The notes beneath the pieces are model-generated. The model was not told where the DNA came from. It was given only the letters and a program-made list of their open reading frames with translations, and did not search any database. A program made the position numbers and the translations under genes. Positions 1 to 12,333 of a stretch of 64,000 nt of DNA are shown here, in pieces; the stretch's first letter is position 1, and every line of letters starts with the position of its first letter. The stretch is from Anolis carolinensis (Eukaryota): assembly GCF_035594765.1 (NCBI RefSeq), contig NC_085842.1, positions 205,913,747 to 205,977,746 of the forward strand. Reading direction: 5' to 3'.

Positions 1-1083
1 CATTTATATTCTGCCTGACAAGGTGTCTCACAAAAATATAGCAGAAGAACAAACCATCATTTAAACGGAGTAAAAAGTTGATTAAAAAAACATAACAACT
101 ACAGTGTCTTGTAAAGTACCTTGGTGCATTGGCTCAAAAATATTTCACTAATCTGCCACCCAAAAACATTCATTATGTTAATTGTTGTATTATTGTTGCT
201 TATGAAGGCAGTTTGATGGTTGGATCTGAATCCAATGATTTGGCCCAGTTAGAGTAAACCCATTGAATCAATTAAAGATACATACTTATTAACATATGAA
301 GTTGCTATTGATTCAGTTAATCTTCTCTAATACCTTTGGGATCTACTCTAATAACTTGAATTGGGATCATTGGTCTCATCAGGGCTTGTGCCCCATGCAG
401 AGTGTCTCCAGTTTGTCGACCAGAGCTCCTGCCTCATGCAAAACTTTGTCAGTCCTCACTATATAGCTCCTATGACATACACCATCTCCCAGTCCTGCAC
501 ATTAGAGTTCATTTCACTGCAAAGTCTTTTCCTATCTCTTTGTGGTTGATTACCAATCAGATCCATAAACAGAAGAATAAAGAACTTATAAGTCAAAACT
601 TACCATTCATTATACCAAGATTTGACAATTCGGGCTTTCATAAGTTATGGGCCATGTTAATGTGAACTTGTTTTCCATTTGTTATCCAGTCTCTTCTTCC
701 AACTAATTAATGAAATGAATTGGCTTAAATCAAATTGTTAGGTTCAATTAGCATTGGCCCATTAAGTCAACATAAGTGTCGATTTAACATCCAGTAGTTG
801 ATCAGTAACCTTCTCTACCTGGGATTGGCAACTATTTCCAGGCATAACACATCAGCGAAACTGAAAAATACTTTATAAAGTCTAGTACAGACAAGCTGTG
901 TGTACTTCTTTAGGAATGTAATTCCAAAAATGTGGGATCACCACTAAAAAGGGCCTGTTTCTGATGGACCCTATTTGTGCACCAGAGTGTAGGACCTCTG
1001 AAGTTCATCTGGAGAAAATTCTCCAGGTCCTAGAACATTCCAAGTTTCAAAACATAATTCAACATTGGGCTTAGTAATGGTGT

Positions 1084-1206
1084 AAAGGTTAAGGTTTCCT
1101 CTGACTTTAAGACTAGTCGTGTCCAACTCTGGGGGTTGATGCTCATCTCCATTTCTAAGCCAAAGAGCCGGAGTTGTCCCTAGACACCTTCAAGGTCATG
1201 TGGCCG
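1084..1206 (-). mobile_element. Sauria SINE, 3' fragment
   Basis: Reverse complement matches the 3' part of the full copy at 8193-8520 (CACATGACCTTG...GGCTTAGAAATGGAGATGAGCA... followed by an ACCTTT-type tail). Confidence 0.85.
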
Positions 1207-1749
1207 TAATGGTGTAGAATTATCAAAATGCCTATTCTACACAAGCATCCTACATCCCCTATAAGGTTAAGTTTTAAAATTTTTCTTTAAAGGCAATCCT
1301 GCCCAGAAGACATTAAATAAATCTGGCTTGGATGTATACCTAAGGCTCTACAAAGAGGTCTGCAACTGGAAAACTAGCCTTAGCTAGTAGAACATATTCA
1401 TAGCAATCAACACCTCATGCACCGAGTCCAAGAAATAAGTAATACATTTGCAAATTTACTAACAGAAAGCCAATACTTGAAAACTGTATAGGTTCTTAAT
1501 AGTTTAGTATTTTATGATCTACAGGTTTCTTAAGTGGATGCAAAAATTGGCTCAACTATTTTCCAATTGATACACTCATTTTCAAATCTTATTTCCCAAA
1601 CTCACAACATTCTGTTATACAAAACTTAGTACAAACGATCAACAATATGCTCAAATGGAAAATTATTCTTAATTTTGATTCAATGGAAGATGAATGAGTT
1701 GAAATATGAATGAATATCATGAAAATAACTTTCATAATAGCTTATGTAC

Positions 1750-2000
1750 ACTCAGCTCTCCACATTTACTGGGGTTTGTGTGAAGGACTCCTGCAAAAGT
1801 AGAAAAAAACTGCAATTGGGAAACCCACTATTTTTATTTTATCCAAAAGAACAATCCTTCAAGTATTTTTAGGTCCCGCAGCATGACTCCATGGTCAACC
1901 TTTGTCAGCAGCTGACCACAAAGTTACTTTGGAGGACCTATAGAGTTCTAGAGGTAACATTTTAATCCAATTGGTAAATAATCAAATCCTCAAAAAACAC
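1750..2000. mobile_element. Degraded Tigger/pogo-like MITE
   Basis: Shares the internal palindromic ATGGTCAAC...TGACCA motif and flanking sequence with copies at about 25190-25430 and 31379-31885. Confidence 0.45.
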
Positions 2001-2024
2001 AACACAACCCTCCCCAAAAATGTT

Positions 2025-2301
2025 TTCTTGATGTCTTAGTTTTTAGGCCTGTCCTGGGGTTATTTAGGGTGCTGATTCAGAAAATGGCATTGAATAGACA
2101 TCATCAGCTCTAGCTTCTTAGGTATGGTTATCATGGTTTTCTATGGGTGAGCTGATGGCAATTTGTAGTTCTTTATCCCAAAGCTAATAGGGGAAACTAG
2201 AGCTAATAGGGGAAAACTGGTGTCATTTTTGGAATCAGCAGGTCAAATATACACAGAAACAGGGCTAACAACTGAGGCACCAACTTGTGTGTTGACCAGT
2301 G
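2025..2301. mobile_element. Chapaev3-like (CMC) DNA transposon terminal fragment
   Basis: Ends in GTTGACCAGTG followed by TAA, which fits the CAC...GTG termini and TWA target typical of Chapaev3. Homologous to a segment at 45705-45960. Confidence 0.5.
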
Positions 2302-3085
2302 TAATCAAGTGTAAAGTATGCTTTACATATTGGATTGACCAATTATTGATTAATTATGGATCATAATTCTTGTAAGGCTGCTTACTGATCCATTGCATGT
2401 CTCATGTTTATTGCCCTGTTCGCTATCTTATTGGGAAGGGATGACTGACTTGGAATGCTGTCACATAGAAATCCTGCATGTATTTTTAACAGACATTTTC
2501 TGAACATAAACCAGAATTATGTATACCTGACTTGGACCACTGAAACTGTCTTAAACCCCTTGCTATTTACACAAAGCTTTCAGAGTTATGACTTGAGGCC
2601 TGGCCCCCATCTCTGTTTATATTAGGTTTCATGTCCAGTTGCTTTTCTCTGGGTCTCATCAGTTTGCCTTCTGTGAAATGAACAGAGAGGAAAAGTGTAG
2701 CTTTGAAAGAGTGGTTTTTGTGTTTTGGTGCTCAGTGTTTTGCAGCTCAGACCCTGCCTCTGCTTTGTACTTAACTTCTTGAGTGAATTATTATTTTTTC
2801 TTTTAGCCTTATGAGTTTGCTTTCTGGAAAATGGGTACTGTGCAAAAAGCCACATCCACCATGGCAATCATTTTGTGAATGGGCAAACACTCCCATGGCA
2901 ATCATTTTCAGCAAATGCCTACTCTTTAAATTCCAAATCAGTGAAAAATGTTAAGGAACTCCCATAAGGCAAGATATCAGAATGTATTTTATTAGTATTT
3001 TTATTATTATTTGTAATAGAAAACATAAAAATAAACAAACAAACAACTTGGCTAGTTCTTTGTGTGGCAGGTAAGTCAACTATCA

Positions 3086-3300
3086 TGGGCGAAACGGAGA
3101 AACATTCCAAGAGGAAGGCCCACTGAGCAAACCCTTGTTGGGACCCGCCTTCTCTCTGGAAATGTATGTCCTCCTCACTGTGAAAGATCATGCAGATCCA
3201 GAATAGGTATCCACAGTCACTTACAGACACAATGCCAAGACTCTACCCTTGGAAGACAACTATACTTGGCCACAAGTGATAGCCTATGATGTATGATATG
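3086..3300 (+). mobile_element. RTE-clade LINE 3' end
   Basis: Translation CPPHCERSCRSRIGIHSHLQT matches the C-terminal zinc-finger-like motif of RTE LINEs, followed by a short 3' UTR and a TGA/TAT-type tail. Confidence 0.7.
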
Positions 3301-4576
3301 GAACCTCAATTGCAATCCTACTTTCTGTTATTTTTTTTTTTAAAGAAAGCAATGTCCCATCAGTCCTAAAGGGCTCTATGGCGTACACTACCCCACTTGC
3401 CTCCCTACAAGGCTCCGCTTGTCAGAAAGCAAAGTCAAGCACAGGAGATGCGAAGGGGATTTCCTTTTTCCAGCTGAGCTCCTTGCTCTTTGATTTCCCA
3501 GGCACCATCCTTGGCAGCCTCCACTGATAAACGCCTCCAAGGGAAGCAAGTCAGAAAGATCTATCAGTTTGGGGCCTGTTTGGGCAGATACTTATTCAAG
3601 CGGACAAACTGTGGCTGACAGCTAACATCTTTGCAAGTAAAAAGTTGAGTGGGTGACAAGGGAATGATGGATAAGAAAAGGGACACCGCCCACAGGAATG
3701 GCCACGTCAATTTCTGGATTTAATGCACATATACCGTAGTCCAGTATATTGGTCAGTATACTGAGTCAAAGCCTTAGGGCAAAAAATCCCCACCTTCTTT
3801 CTCTCCCCAGCAGCATGTCTCATTCTGAGACTCCGGAGGAAAATGAAACATCCTATTCTTTATATCACAAGCATGGACGTTTAAGAGGTTACTTCTGATA
3901 CATTTCTTGATCCTGCTGGTAGGCCTGCTTCATAGTTTTGATCTTATTTACTACTGAGTTAACCACCAGCTGTTTCAACAGAACACTATGCAGTAATTTG
4001 AGATACTATAAAATAGCATTTTATGACAAACAGTACTGAATTTCAGAAGATTTGCCTGCAATTTTTGGCACCCAGATGTGCAAAAGCAGCTGTATTATAG
4101 ATTCATGTTCTGGCATTAATGAGTGCTTCAGCTTTCCCTCATGTTAGGCTTGACACTGAAATTTCCTGACAACAGTGGGCAGCAATTTCTGCCTGAACCT
4201 AATTCAATACACAAGCCTGTTCATATTAGAGGACTTAACCACCTGACTCTTGAAATCAAACACCACTAACCTATCCTGCAAAGTGTTACGGGTGAAGAAC
4301 CTATGACTTTGCACATAGGAAAATCAGGGATAAGCTGAACCATTATTTCTTTACATACTAGTTTTTCATGTGCAGGAAGCAAGCTTTTACATGTAATGGG
4401 AATACAAACAAGAAGCAAGCAAATAACGTTGATAGCTTCACTTAGCTTGAATAGATTCATTCCAGGACCATCCATTGGTTTGATAGTGCCAGGTCCATAA
4501 ACCTTTGATCCGTTAGTCTTTTGAGGGTCAACACAGAATTTCCTACACTTGGTATCTGCTGGGATGTTGTTCCAGG

Positions 4577-5379
4577 TGTTGCACCCCAGCTGGAGTTCAA
4601 CTTGCCCTCAACACCAACCAGGAACCAAAAGTAATAGTAAAACAGTTTATTGATAAAAACACATATAAAAAAGAGAAAATCATGATAGAAAATAAGAAAG
4701 GCAAAATCCATAAGGTAATGAGGAAAAATGTCATATAAGCAATAAGCCAGACCAAACTGGCAATAGGAATACAATCCAAAGGTAATAATCCAAACAGTTC
4801 AAAGCTGTTTCGGGAAACAAGGTACAGAAATCTCAAAATCCAGCATGAGAGAAAATCCAGAGAAATAGGACCAAAACATGAACATGAATCCAAAACCCAG
4901 ACTATAAAAACTTCCTATACTATGCATCCAAACTCTGCAGATCTTGAACTAGGACATGAACTGGAAACAAGACGTGAGATCTTCACTTGTTCAGCGACAT
5001 TGCCTGATCTGACTCTAATGAAAACACTCTTTTCATTTAAGGACCACAGGACATGAAATCATGCCATTGGCATCTGCTCTGATGCTTCAAGGTCTTCTCA
5101 CAAATTCAGTTGGACCTCTGGAGTTTTGCTCCCTCCTCCCTAGAATTGAGCTTCAAACTACTACTATCAATAGTAGGTGCGTTCCCAGGGGAAACTTCCC
5201 TCTCATGAGAAGCTTCACTCTCTTGCAGTTTCTTATCTTGCATTGCTAAGGAATGATTAGGGTAAAGGATCATCTCCTTATAATTTGACTCAAAAGCTGT
5301 TTCCCTCTCCGGCCCCCTTTTGCAGGCAGAATCCTGTTCTAAAATCCCTTCATCATCAGCATCTAGCTGAACTACAACA
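4577..5379 (-). mobile_element. Solo LTR (Gypsy/BEL-type), 803 bp
   Basis: TGTTG...CAACA termini, perfect 5-bp TSD CCAGG (4572-4576 and 5380-5384), and AATAAA on the minus strand near 4646. It interrupts a Tigger-like MITE (about 4540-5550). Confidence 0.85.
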
Positions 5380-6033
5380 CCAGGCCCACTTCATGCATAC
5401 CAAGTCTGTGAGTGCTCAAGTTTCATTATCTACAATGGTATAATAAAATGGAATCCCTTATATCAAATGACAAAATTAAGTTTTGTTGGTTTGGAATTTT
5501 TAATATATATATTCAAGCCATAGATACAGAATCCATGCATATGAAGGCGATAGTTGGTGTTTTTGCTGGTGTTTCCTTCCTTAGAAATAGATAGTGCTGT
5601 GGCTTGAATAACCTTTCTTGGCAAGTCCACCTGTGGATTCCTATAATCTGGATTACACAGGCAGACCAGAATAAGGCTATGGGTCTAGCCAATTCCAGCT
5701 CTACATTTCTATGTATGCTAACATTCAAGCTCTCAGTGATTCTTGAGCCTGAAATTTGAGGGAAGTCAGATAGAGACTCAATAGGAGGTAGGAAGTAATG
5801 GCGTGGAGGCCTGGAGCTGCCTGAAGGAAACCTTTGGCAGTATTAAAATCCAGAATTGCGGTGATAGGCTTAATCGCCATTGGTGCTTCTGTGGAATACA
5901 GGAGGGCTGGAGTAGAAAGTGTCAGGACAGGGGGTGGGCATTTTTACTCACCCACCCCTTTGCATTGTCCCCATTCTGCTTTGAAAACATTCTATCAACC
6001 CATAATTAAAGTATTGGGGTATTAGGGTGCAAC

Positions 6034-6769
6034 CAGGACCGGCCCGAGGAAATTTCAAGGGGTACGTAAAAAGTTTTTTTGCGCCCCCTCCCCTGCGCCG
6101 TGGGAGGCGTGGCCAGGACTGGCCCACCTCCCACGCCCTAACCCCACCTCCTGCGCCGGGCGGCCACGCCTCCTGTGGCGTGGGCGGCACGGGAGGCAGG
6201 GCTAGGGCGCGTGCGGGCGGCGCGGGAGGTGGGGCCAGATGTGGCCCCGCCTCCCACAGCGCGCGTCCTGGCTCAGCCAGGCTGCGGCCGGAGTTCTTCC
6301 AGGCCGCAGCCTGAAAGGACTCCCGCCGGAGCGGGCGTGCGCTGTGGGAGGCGTAGCCGGTCCCACCTCCCGTGGGGCGTGCCCTGGCCGGGCAGTCAGG
6401 CTGCGTGCGGCGGGAGTCCTTCCAGGCCACGGCCTTCGTCGCAGCCTGGGTGGATGGCCGCCACATGCAGCCTGGCTGTGCCAGGGTGCGCCCCGCAGGA
6501 GGTGGGGCCAAACCTGGCCACGCCTCCTGCATCGCGTGACCCTGCCTCCCAGCCAGGCTGCGTGCAGCGGGAGGACTGCTGCCACACGCAGCCTGGCTGC
6601 GCCAGGGCGCGCCCCATGGGAGGCGGGGCCAGACCTGGCCTCGTCTCCCGCATCACGCGACCCCGCCTCCGCCAGGTGTGGCCCCGCCTCCCAGGGGCTC
6701 AATAGCGCCCCTGGGAAGGTGGCGCCCAACGCGGCGGCGTGGTCAGCATGCCATGTTGCGCCAGGCCTG
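6034..6769. mobile_element. GC-rich non-autonomous hAT element with internal tandem palindromes
   Basis: Imperfect TIRs CAGGACCGGC...GCCAGGCCTG and an 8-bp TSD GGTGCAAC/GGTGCAAT (6026-6033, 6770-6777). Sharply bounded CpG-rich block. Confidence 0.85.
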
Positions 6770-7480
6770 GGTGCAATCCTACTACACAATTATAGTACAG
6801 GCCTATTCCTGTGGAATCTTTCAGATTCAGAATTTGGGAGAAGATAGTCAGATGCTCTGCCAGAAAGTAGTTCAGAGAAGGACAAACAATATAATTTTGC
6901 AGTATTGATATACCAAACAAATAAGTATAACTGTTCCATAACAGAAATTGGAAGAGCTCACAAGGAAATGCAATAGCAAAATACAGAGCTAAAACAGTAA
7001 AAGCTGCTAACATGGAGAAGCCCAGAATGAAAGACATAACATCAAAAAAAGTTGAATGAATAAAAATAACAAGATAATAAAATAATAAAATAAATTTACT
7101 TGAAACTGAAAATATCTTAAAGATTTTGCCAATTGAGCCTTTCTGAAAAGACCCCTCTCCTGAGGCCACTTTCTCAAATTGTCCCCCTCTGTCCTTCCAC
7201 ATTTTTGTCTGGAGCATTTTTAACAGTTCTTGTGACAGAAATCTTCAGATTCCAAAATTTTCATATGGGATAGGGTAGCCTTTTACATTATTTGTCCCCA
7301 AAGCATCTTTAAAAGAGAAAACTAAGACTTTAATTTAGGCTTGAAAAGTAAATAAATGAATAAATTAACTAATTAAATAAACCATTTTGCATTTGAAGTA
7401 GAGGTTGAGTATCTTTTATCCAAAATGCTTGGGACCAGAAGTGTTTTGGAGTTGTTACTACCATTATTATTATTATTTTA

Positions 7481-7820
7481 TTATGACACAGCAAACAAGA
7501 TAGATATGCTGGATTTCGTATCACAAAATCACAAGTCAAACACTTCCCAAGTGTCTAGGACTGTGTGATGTATTTTCGGATGATGCGTGCAGATCCTAGT
7601 AGGGTGGCCTTTTGCAGTTGGCAGATTGTGATTTTGTCAATGTCTATTATTTCCAAATGCCGGCTGAGATCTTTTGGCACGGCACCCAATGTGCCGATCA
7701 CCACCGGAATCACCTATACTGGTTTCTGCCAGAGTCCTTGAAGTTCAATCTTGAGGTCCTGATAGCGGCTGAGTTTTTCCTGTTGTTTTTCGTCAATGCG
7801 ACTGTCACCTGGGATGGCAT
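7481..7820 (-). mobile_element. R4/Dong-type RLE non-LTR retrotransposon, 3' fragment
   Basis: Near-identical to 49524-49862 and flanked on both sides by (TTA)n. Confidence 0.85.
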
Positions 7821-8085
7821 AATTATTATTATCCCACTCTTCTCAACCTTGCAGGGGACTCAGAGCAGTGTACAAACGGCAATATTCAATGCTGCACATT
7901 CAACAACATAAAATACAATGCATTAATATAATAAACAATTAAAACATATACATATTGTAGAACCATGAAAACAAATATCCAGCCCTGAGGTCTTCATTTG
8001 CATGCTACATTGTGCTGATTTTATATTGCACTATCCAAAAGCCTGGTTGCAGAGCCAGGTCTTCAATTTCTTTTTGAGAGGGGAT
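7821..8085 (-). mobile_element. L2 LINE 3' end
   Basis: ATCCCACTCTTCTC...GGGGACTCAGAGCAG is the L2-type 3' stem-loop seen in other copies in the window, with an (AAT)n tail. Confidence 0.6.
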
Positions 8086-8192
8086 GCTTGAGTACCTGTA
8101 TTGGCATATATGTACATAATGAGATATCAAAGTTGGGACCCATGTCTAAACAAAAAAAATAACTGTCATTTACACCTTATATACATAGTCTG

Positions 8193-8520
8193 GAAGCTCC
8201 CAATGATGCAGCGGGTTCAACTGCTAAGCTGCTAAATTTGCTGACTGAAAGATTGGCAGTTCAAATCCAGGGAGCAGAGTGAGCTCCTGCTGTCAGGTCC
8301 AGCTTCTGCCAACCTAGCAGTTCAAAAACATGTAAATGTGAGTAGATCAATAAGTACTGCTACAATGGGAAGGTTACGGCACTCCATGCAGTCATGTCGG
8401 TCACATGACTTTGGAAGTGTCTACGGACAACACCGGCCCTTTGGCTTAGAAATACAGATGAGCACCAACGCCCAGAATCGGACACTACTAGACTTAATGT
8501 TAGGGGAAAACCTTTACCTT
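8193..8520 (+). mobile_element. Sauria SINE, full length
   Basis: tRNA-like head (B box GTTCAAATCC), central domain, ACCTTT tail, and 11-bp TSD TACATAGTCTG (8182-8192, 8521-8531). Confidence 0.92.
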
Positions 8521-9624
8521 TACATAGTCTGAAAATACCTTTATACTGGATTTTAATAGTTTTGTACGTGAAAAAAGTGTGTGTGCACTGAATGATCAGA
8601 AAGCAGAAGGGTCACTATCTCAGCCAACTATGGGGACAATTTTGGATTTTGAAGTATTTCAAATTTTAGAATTCTAGATTATGCATGGTCCATGTGAACA
8701 TAACAACAGACTCCATCCTTACTTGGTCTGGACTTCTGTCTTTCCTCTGCTCCACTTTCTTTTAAGCTAACAGGAGCCATGCCCTTTTCTTGGACAAAAT
8801 TTGGAAACACAAAGGATCTTATCTTTTATGCTAACTTGAGGAAGACGTGTGCACAATTACAACAAGGAACTGTATTGGTCTGCTTATCTTTTAAAAAAAT
8901 ATTGAGAGGCAAGGGAGCGAATTAAACCTTTTAAAGGAAAAAGAAAGCCAACAAAGAGTTAGTTACAGAAGATAAGTGTGTTGTTCCAGGATGCACAGGA
9001 AGGTCCTGTCCAGCTTATGGGGGTAGAAGAATAATTGTGATGACAAGCTTTCTTATTCTGCTAAAGGAATTATTAGCAAGCTGAGCCTCAGAGTGCGATA
9101 TCATTAATACACTCTCCAGAAGAGGCATCATTCAGCCAGACACTGATCTGTAATCCTGATGGTTCCTGATGATCAAGTTTTGTCATGGGAGTCACTGCTA
9201 TTTTCACCTCTATCTACATCCTGTTGGCTGATTAGAAAGCTTTCAGAGTGATACTGTGTCCATTTAATAACAGAACTAAGGGAGCATAAAAAGAAAAAAT
9301 GAATGAACATAGCAGAGGTATCCAAAATTATGACTAACATAGGGAGAGATCATGAAAAAGGAGAGAATGATCTTTCACTCTTATAGCATTCAAACACCGA
9401 GAAAAGCCAATGAAAATGATTAGGTACAAGTTTAAAACAGACAGAACAAATTTCTTTACATTTGACACTTCCTAGGATGTGATGTTGATCACTAGTCACA
9501 TGTTGAGACCCGCTGCGGTGTCCTTTTTTTAAAAAGGCAACCCTGAAACCCCTAGGGTCTTTATCCAATTAGACACACATGGTGTTACAAAATTGGAATT
9601 ATTACATTACATTATTACATTTCA

Positions 9625-9945
9625 GTGGCTTTTCAGTAATGAAAGTTAAGAATGGAATCCTATATGTGTAGAATTATAGAAGCTCAGATTTGGAAGGGAC
9701 CATAAAATCAATAAAATCTAGACCAACTCAGTTTCATTCAGGAATATACAACAAGACCGCTCCTAAGAGATAGCCATCCAAACTTTACTTGAAGACTTAT
9801 AGATAAGAAGCATCTACAACCCCTGCAAGGCAATCTATTTCACTGCTAAATGAATCTTACCATCAGGAAATTCTTCCTAGTGTTTATGTGAAATCTCTTT
9901 TCTAGCAGTTTGAATCCATCAGTTTGTTTTTTGTCTCTGGAACAA
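9625..9945 (-). mobile_element. CR1 LINE 3' fragment (old)
   Basis: TAGAAT/ATAGAA tail, TTGGAAGGGACC and AGGAAATTCTTCCTAGTGTTTA motifs of CR1 3' ends. Confidence 0.65.
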
Positions 9946-10074
9946 CACAATTCAGCATTATATTTGCTCCCATACTATTTAATGATTTCGTTTTTTTAAA
10001 AAAACTGTTGTGCTATTGATGTCAAACTAACTGTGCAGTGGTTGATTGGACCCCCACCCTTTTTTTTGCCTCCT

Positions 10075-11345
10075 CTAGTTTGTTGGGCTTTGCCTGTTTT
10101 CCAAGAAATCTCCAAGATTGTTGTCAATGGCTCTAAGATTACATCTGCAAATTCCTTCAACATTAATGGATGCAGCTTTATACAGCCTTAAATACTTGAA
10201 TTCATTTATGGTATCCAGTAGGCTTGTGTATTTCGGCTGAACCTTGATCTGTTTCTGCTGGCCAGATACCGGTAGACCCCCGCTCTCAGTTTTTGCACAC
10301 CTCCCAAAAATGAGCAAGTAGTTGGATAGCCGTTTTCATACCGTAGCTGGAAAATACGGCTAGATCCGGCCCATTGGTGGCAATGGGGAGGGGTGGCTCC
10401 CCGAGTTCCCCTTACCGTCATTTAAGACAATGGGGTCATTATAACCTTCATTATGACCTGGATTAAAAAGCATCAGAGTTAAGACACCACTCTTTCTGCA
10501 ATTCTTTCCCTTTAGTCTGTAGAGGAGACCTGGGTTTAATGCTTCATTAAAGTTGTTTCTACTCTAGAGGAGACATGTGCTACAGGTACTGCAGGCATGC
10601 ACGCTCTATCCCTGCATGCAGCTTTGAAAGGCATTTTAAGGAGGCTTCTCACTTCCCAGAGAAGGAAGACTGATGACCTGGAGCTATCCTATCCTGGGCT
10701 TCCTTTAAAAAGCCCTTTCTTTTCTCTTCATTTACACTGCAGGCCCTGCCTGGACTGGTGCCTTTCCCCCCTTACCTTCCTGCTTCAGGTTTAATGCTTC
10801 CTTAAAGCTGTTTCTATTTTCTACTCTAGAGGAGAGGTAACTAGGTGGTGGTAGTTTTCTGAGAATGAGGCTTTTCTTTTTGTTTGCTGGGATTACTATT
10901 ATTAATTAATTAACTAATTATCTTTGAGAAATATTTTCTGAAGGAGAGGAGGGGAGGAGAAAAAGAAGCTAAAAGGATGACTCTCCAAGCCCCCAAATGC
11001 ACACACGTGTGCACCCCACCTACCTGTCCCACATGTTCCCAACTCTCAGTCAGTCCCACTAAATAAAAAGAATCAAGAAAATATAGGAAACTTTTAAAAA
11101 ATCAAGGAAGAGTTCAAGCCAGAAGCCAAGCCAAGAGTTCAAGCCAAAAGCCAGTATGCAACAGAGATGCCAAAAAGGAGAGCAGTAGTCGTGATTGGAC
11201 AGGAAAACATGACGGCTGGGTCCTTAACCTTACGGCCATCCCGCCAAGGCAAACAAGCCGTATCGGCCAACGGGAACTGACCACTCCGAATCTGTGCACA
11301 AGCCTAGTATCCAGGTATTCCTGCATTCTATTTGACAATATCCAG
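10075..11345 (-). mobile_element. CR1 ORF2 fragment interrupted by a hAT element
   Basis: Joined across the insertion, the minus strand reads QEYLDT|INEFK, then a degenerate LHP..LKEFADVI CR1 motif. Confidence 0.6.
10219..11306. mobile_element. Non-autonomous hAT element (TAGG termini)
   Basis: TIRs TAGGCTTGTG...CACAAGCCTA, perfect 8-bp TSD GTATCCAG (10211-10218, 11307-11314), and CpG-rich subterminal regions. Confidence 0.9.
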
Positions 11346-12333
11346 AGAAGGTAGAAGTGGTATCATTGGACAGCTGAGAAGAAATGGAAGATCATACATC
11401 ATATTTGGAGAAATCAGCCATTTTTAATCTAAGAGAGAAAGCAGCCCTCAATAACTCTTTCCTCTGCCTCTTCCCCAGCAAACCACTGCAAATTCCTATT
11501 TTTGGGAGCCTTCAATACTTTTGTGACGGAAACAGCTCTTATGCCAGTCCCCATCTTGATGTCAAATCTATCTCCATTTTTAGCAAACAATATGCTTCAC
11601 ATAAATGCAAAACAACATAGAACTGAATCCAATTGCTATTCCCTACTAGAGCAGACTCACTGAATTTGCATAAGTGTTGTCTAAATCCAACTACTAGTCC
11701 CACTGAATCAAGAGGAAAGTAATGCTGATTCAGTGGGACTAGCAACTGGATTTAGGCAATACATTCCAATGAGAAATAACAAGAGATTGTACCATGAACT
11801 GTAATTCCTATATCTTTAGGGAGACCTACAACTGATAGTCAAGCCCTGAGATTGAGTGTGGCATAAACACTTTACAGCTAGTACAACTATTGTCTAGAAG
11901 CAAAACCAAAAATTTGTGAGGCACTAGAAGAAACAACCCTTCAAGAAATAAAGTGACTTTTTATGGTTTAGGGTGAAGAAAGCATAGAACCAAATTGTGT
12001 TCATTATGACAGGGTTCCCATTTCCTCATGGTTATTTAACCATCATTTGGCATGTAGCTAACATATCTGTTAAATAGGGATCTTGCTAAGTAGGAACAAA
12101 GGGTATGGGAGGAAGCAAATTAATCACATAATAGAGATGATGGGACCAAAAAGTCAAGTCCAACCTCACCATGTAGCATACTGGAGAGTTACTGAGGCCT
12201 TCACACATTGGCATAATTCACTACTGTGAAACTCCTTTGCAGAATATCCTTCCCTTTGAGAACTGTTTGACACCAATGGTAGCTTCATCGCTAAGCCAAA
12301 TTAAAATATGTTTTTTAATTAAAACCTAACTGA

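Larger units (their letters stand above)
7401..8695 (+). mobile_element. Tigger4/MER46-like MITE split by three later insertions
   Basis: TA followed by GAGGTTGAGTATCTTTTATCCAAAATGCTTGGGACCAGAAGTGTTTTGGA. Resumes at about 8090-8192 and 8521-8695 with Tigger4-like sequence (TACATAATGAGATATC, ATCAGAAAGCA..GTCACTATCTCAGCCA). Confidence 0.7.

Noticed and set aside
6100-6700. Repeated palindromic units resembling a CRISPR array
   Set aside because: Eukaryotic context, no unique spacers of constant length, no cas genes. These are internal repeats of a MITE.
5948-6908. Cluster of overlapping 170-200 aa ORFs and a CpG island suggesting a gene promoter or first exon
   Set aside because: Open frames on both strands result from high GC. 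The block is bounded by hAT TIRs and a TSD, and the peptides are low-complexity Ala/Pro/Arg/Gly.
8193-8290. tRNA genes suggested by A/B-box-like motifs
   Set aside because: All such motifs are heads of tRNA-derived SINEs and do not form a full cloverleaf.
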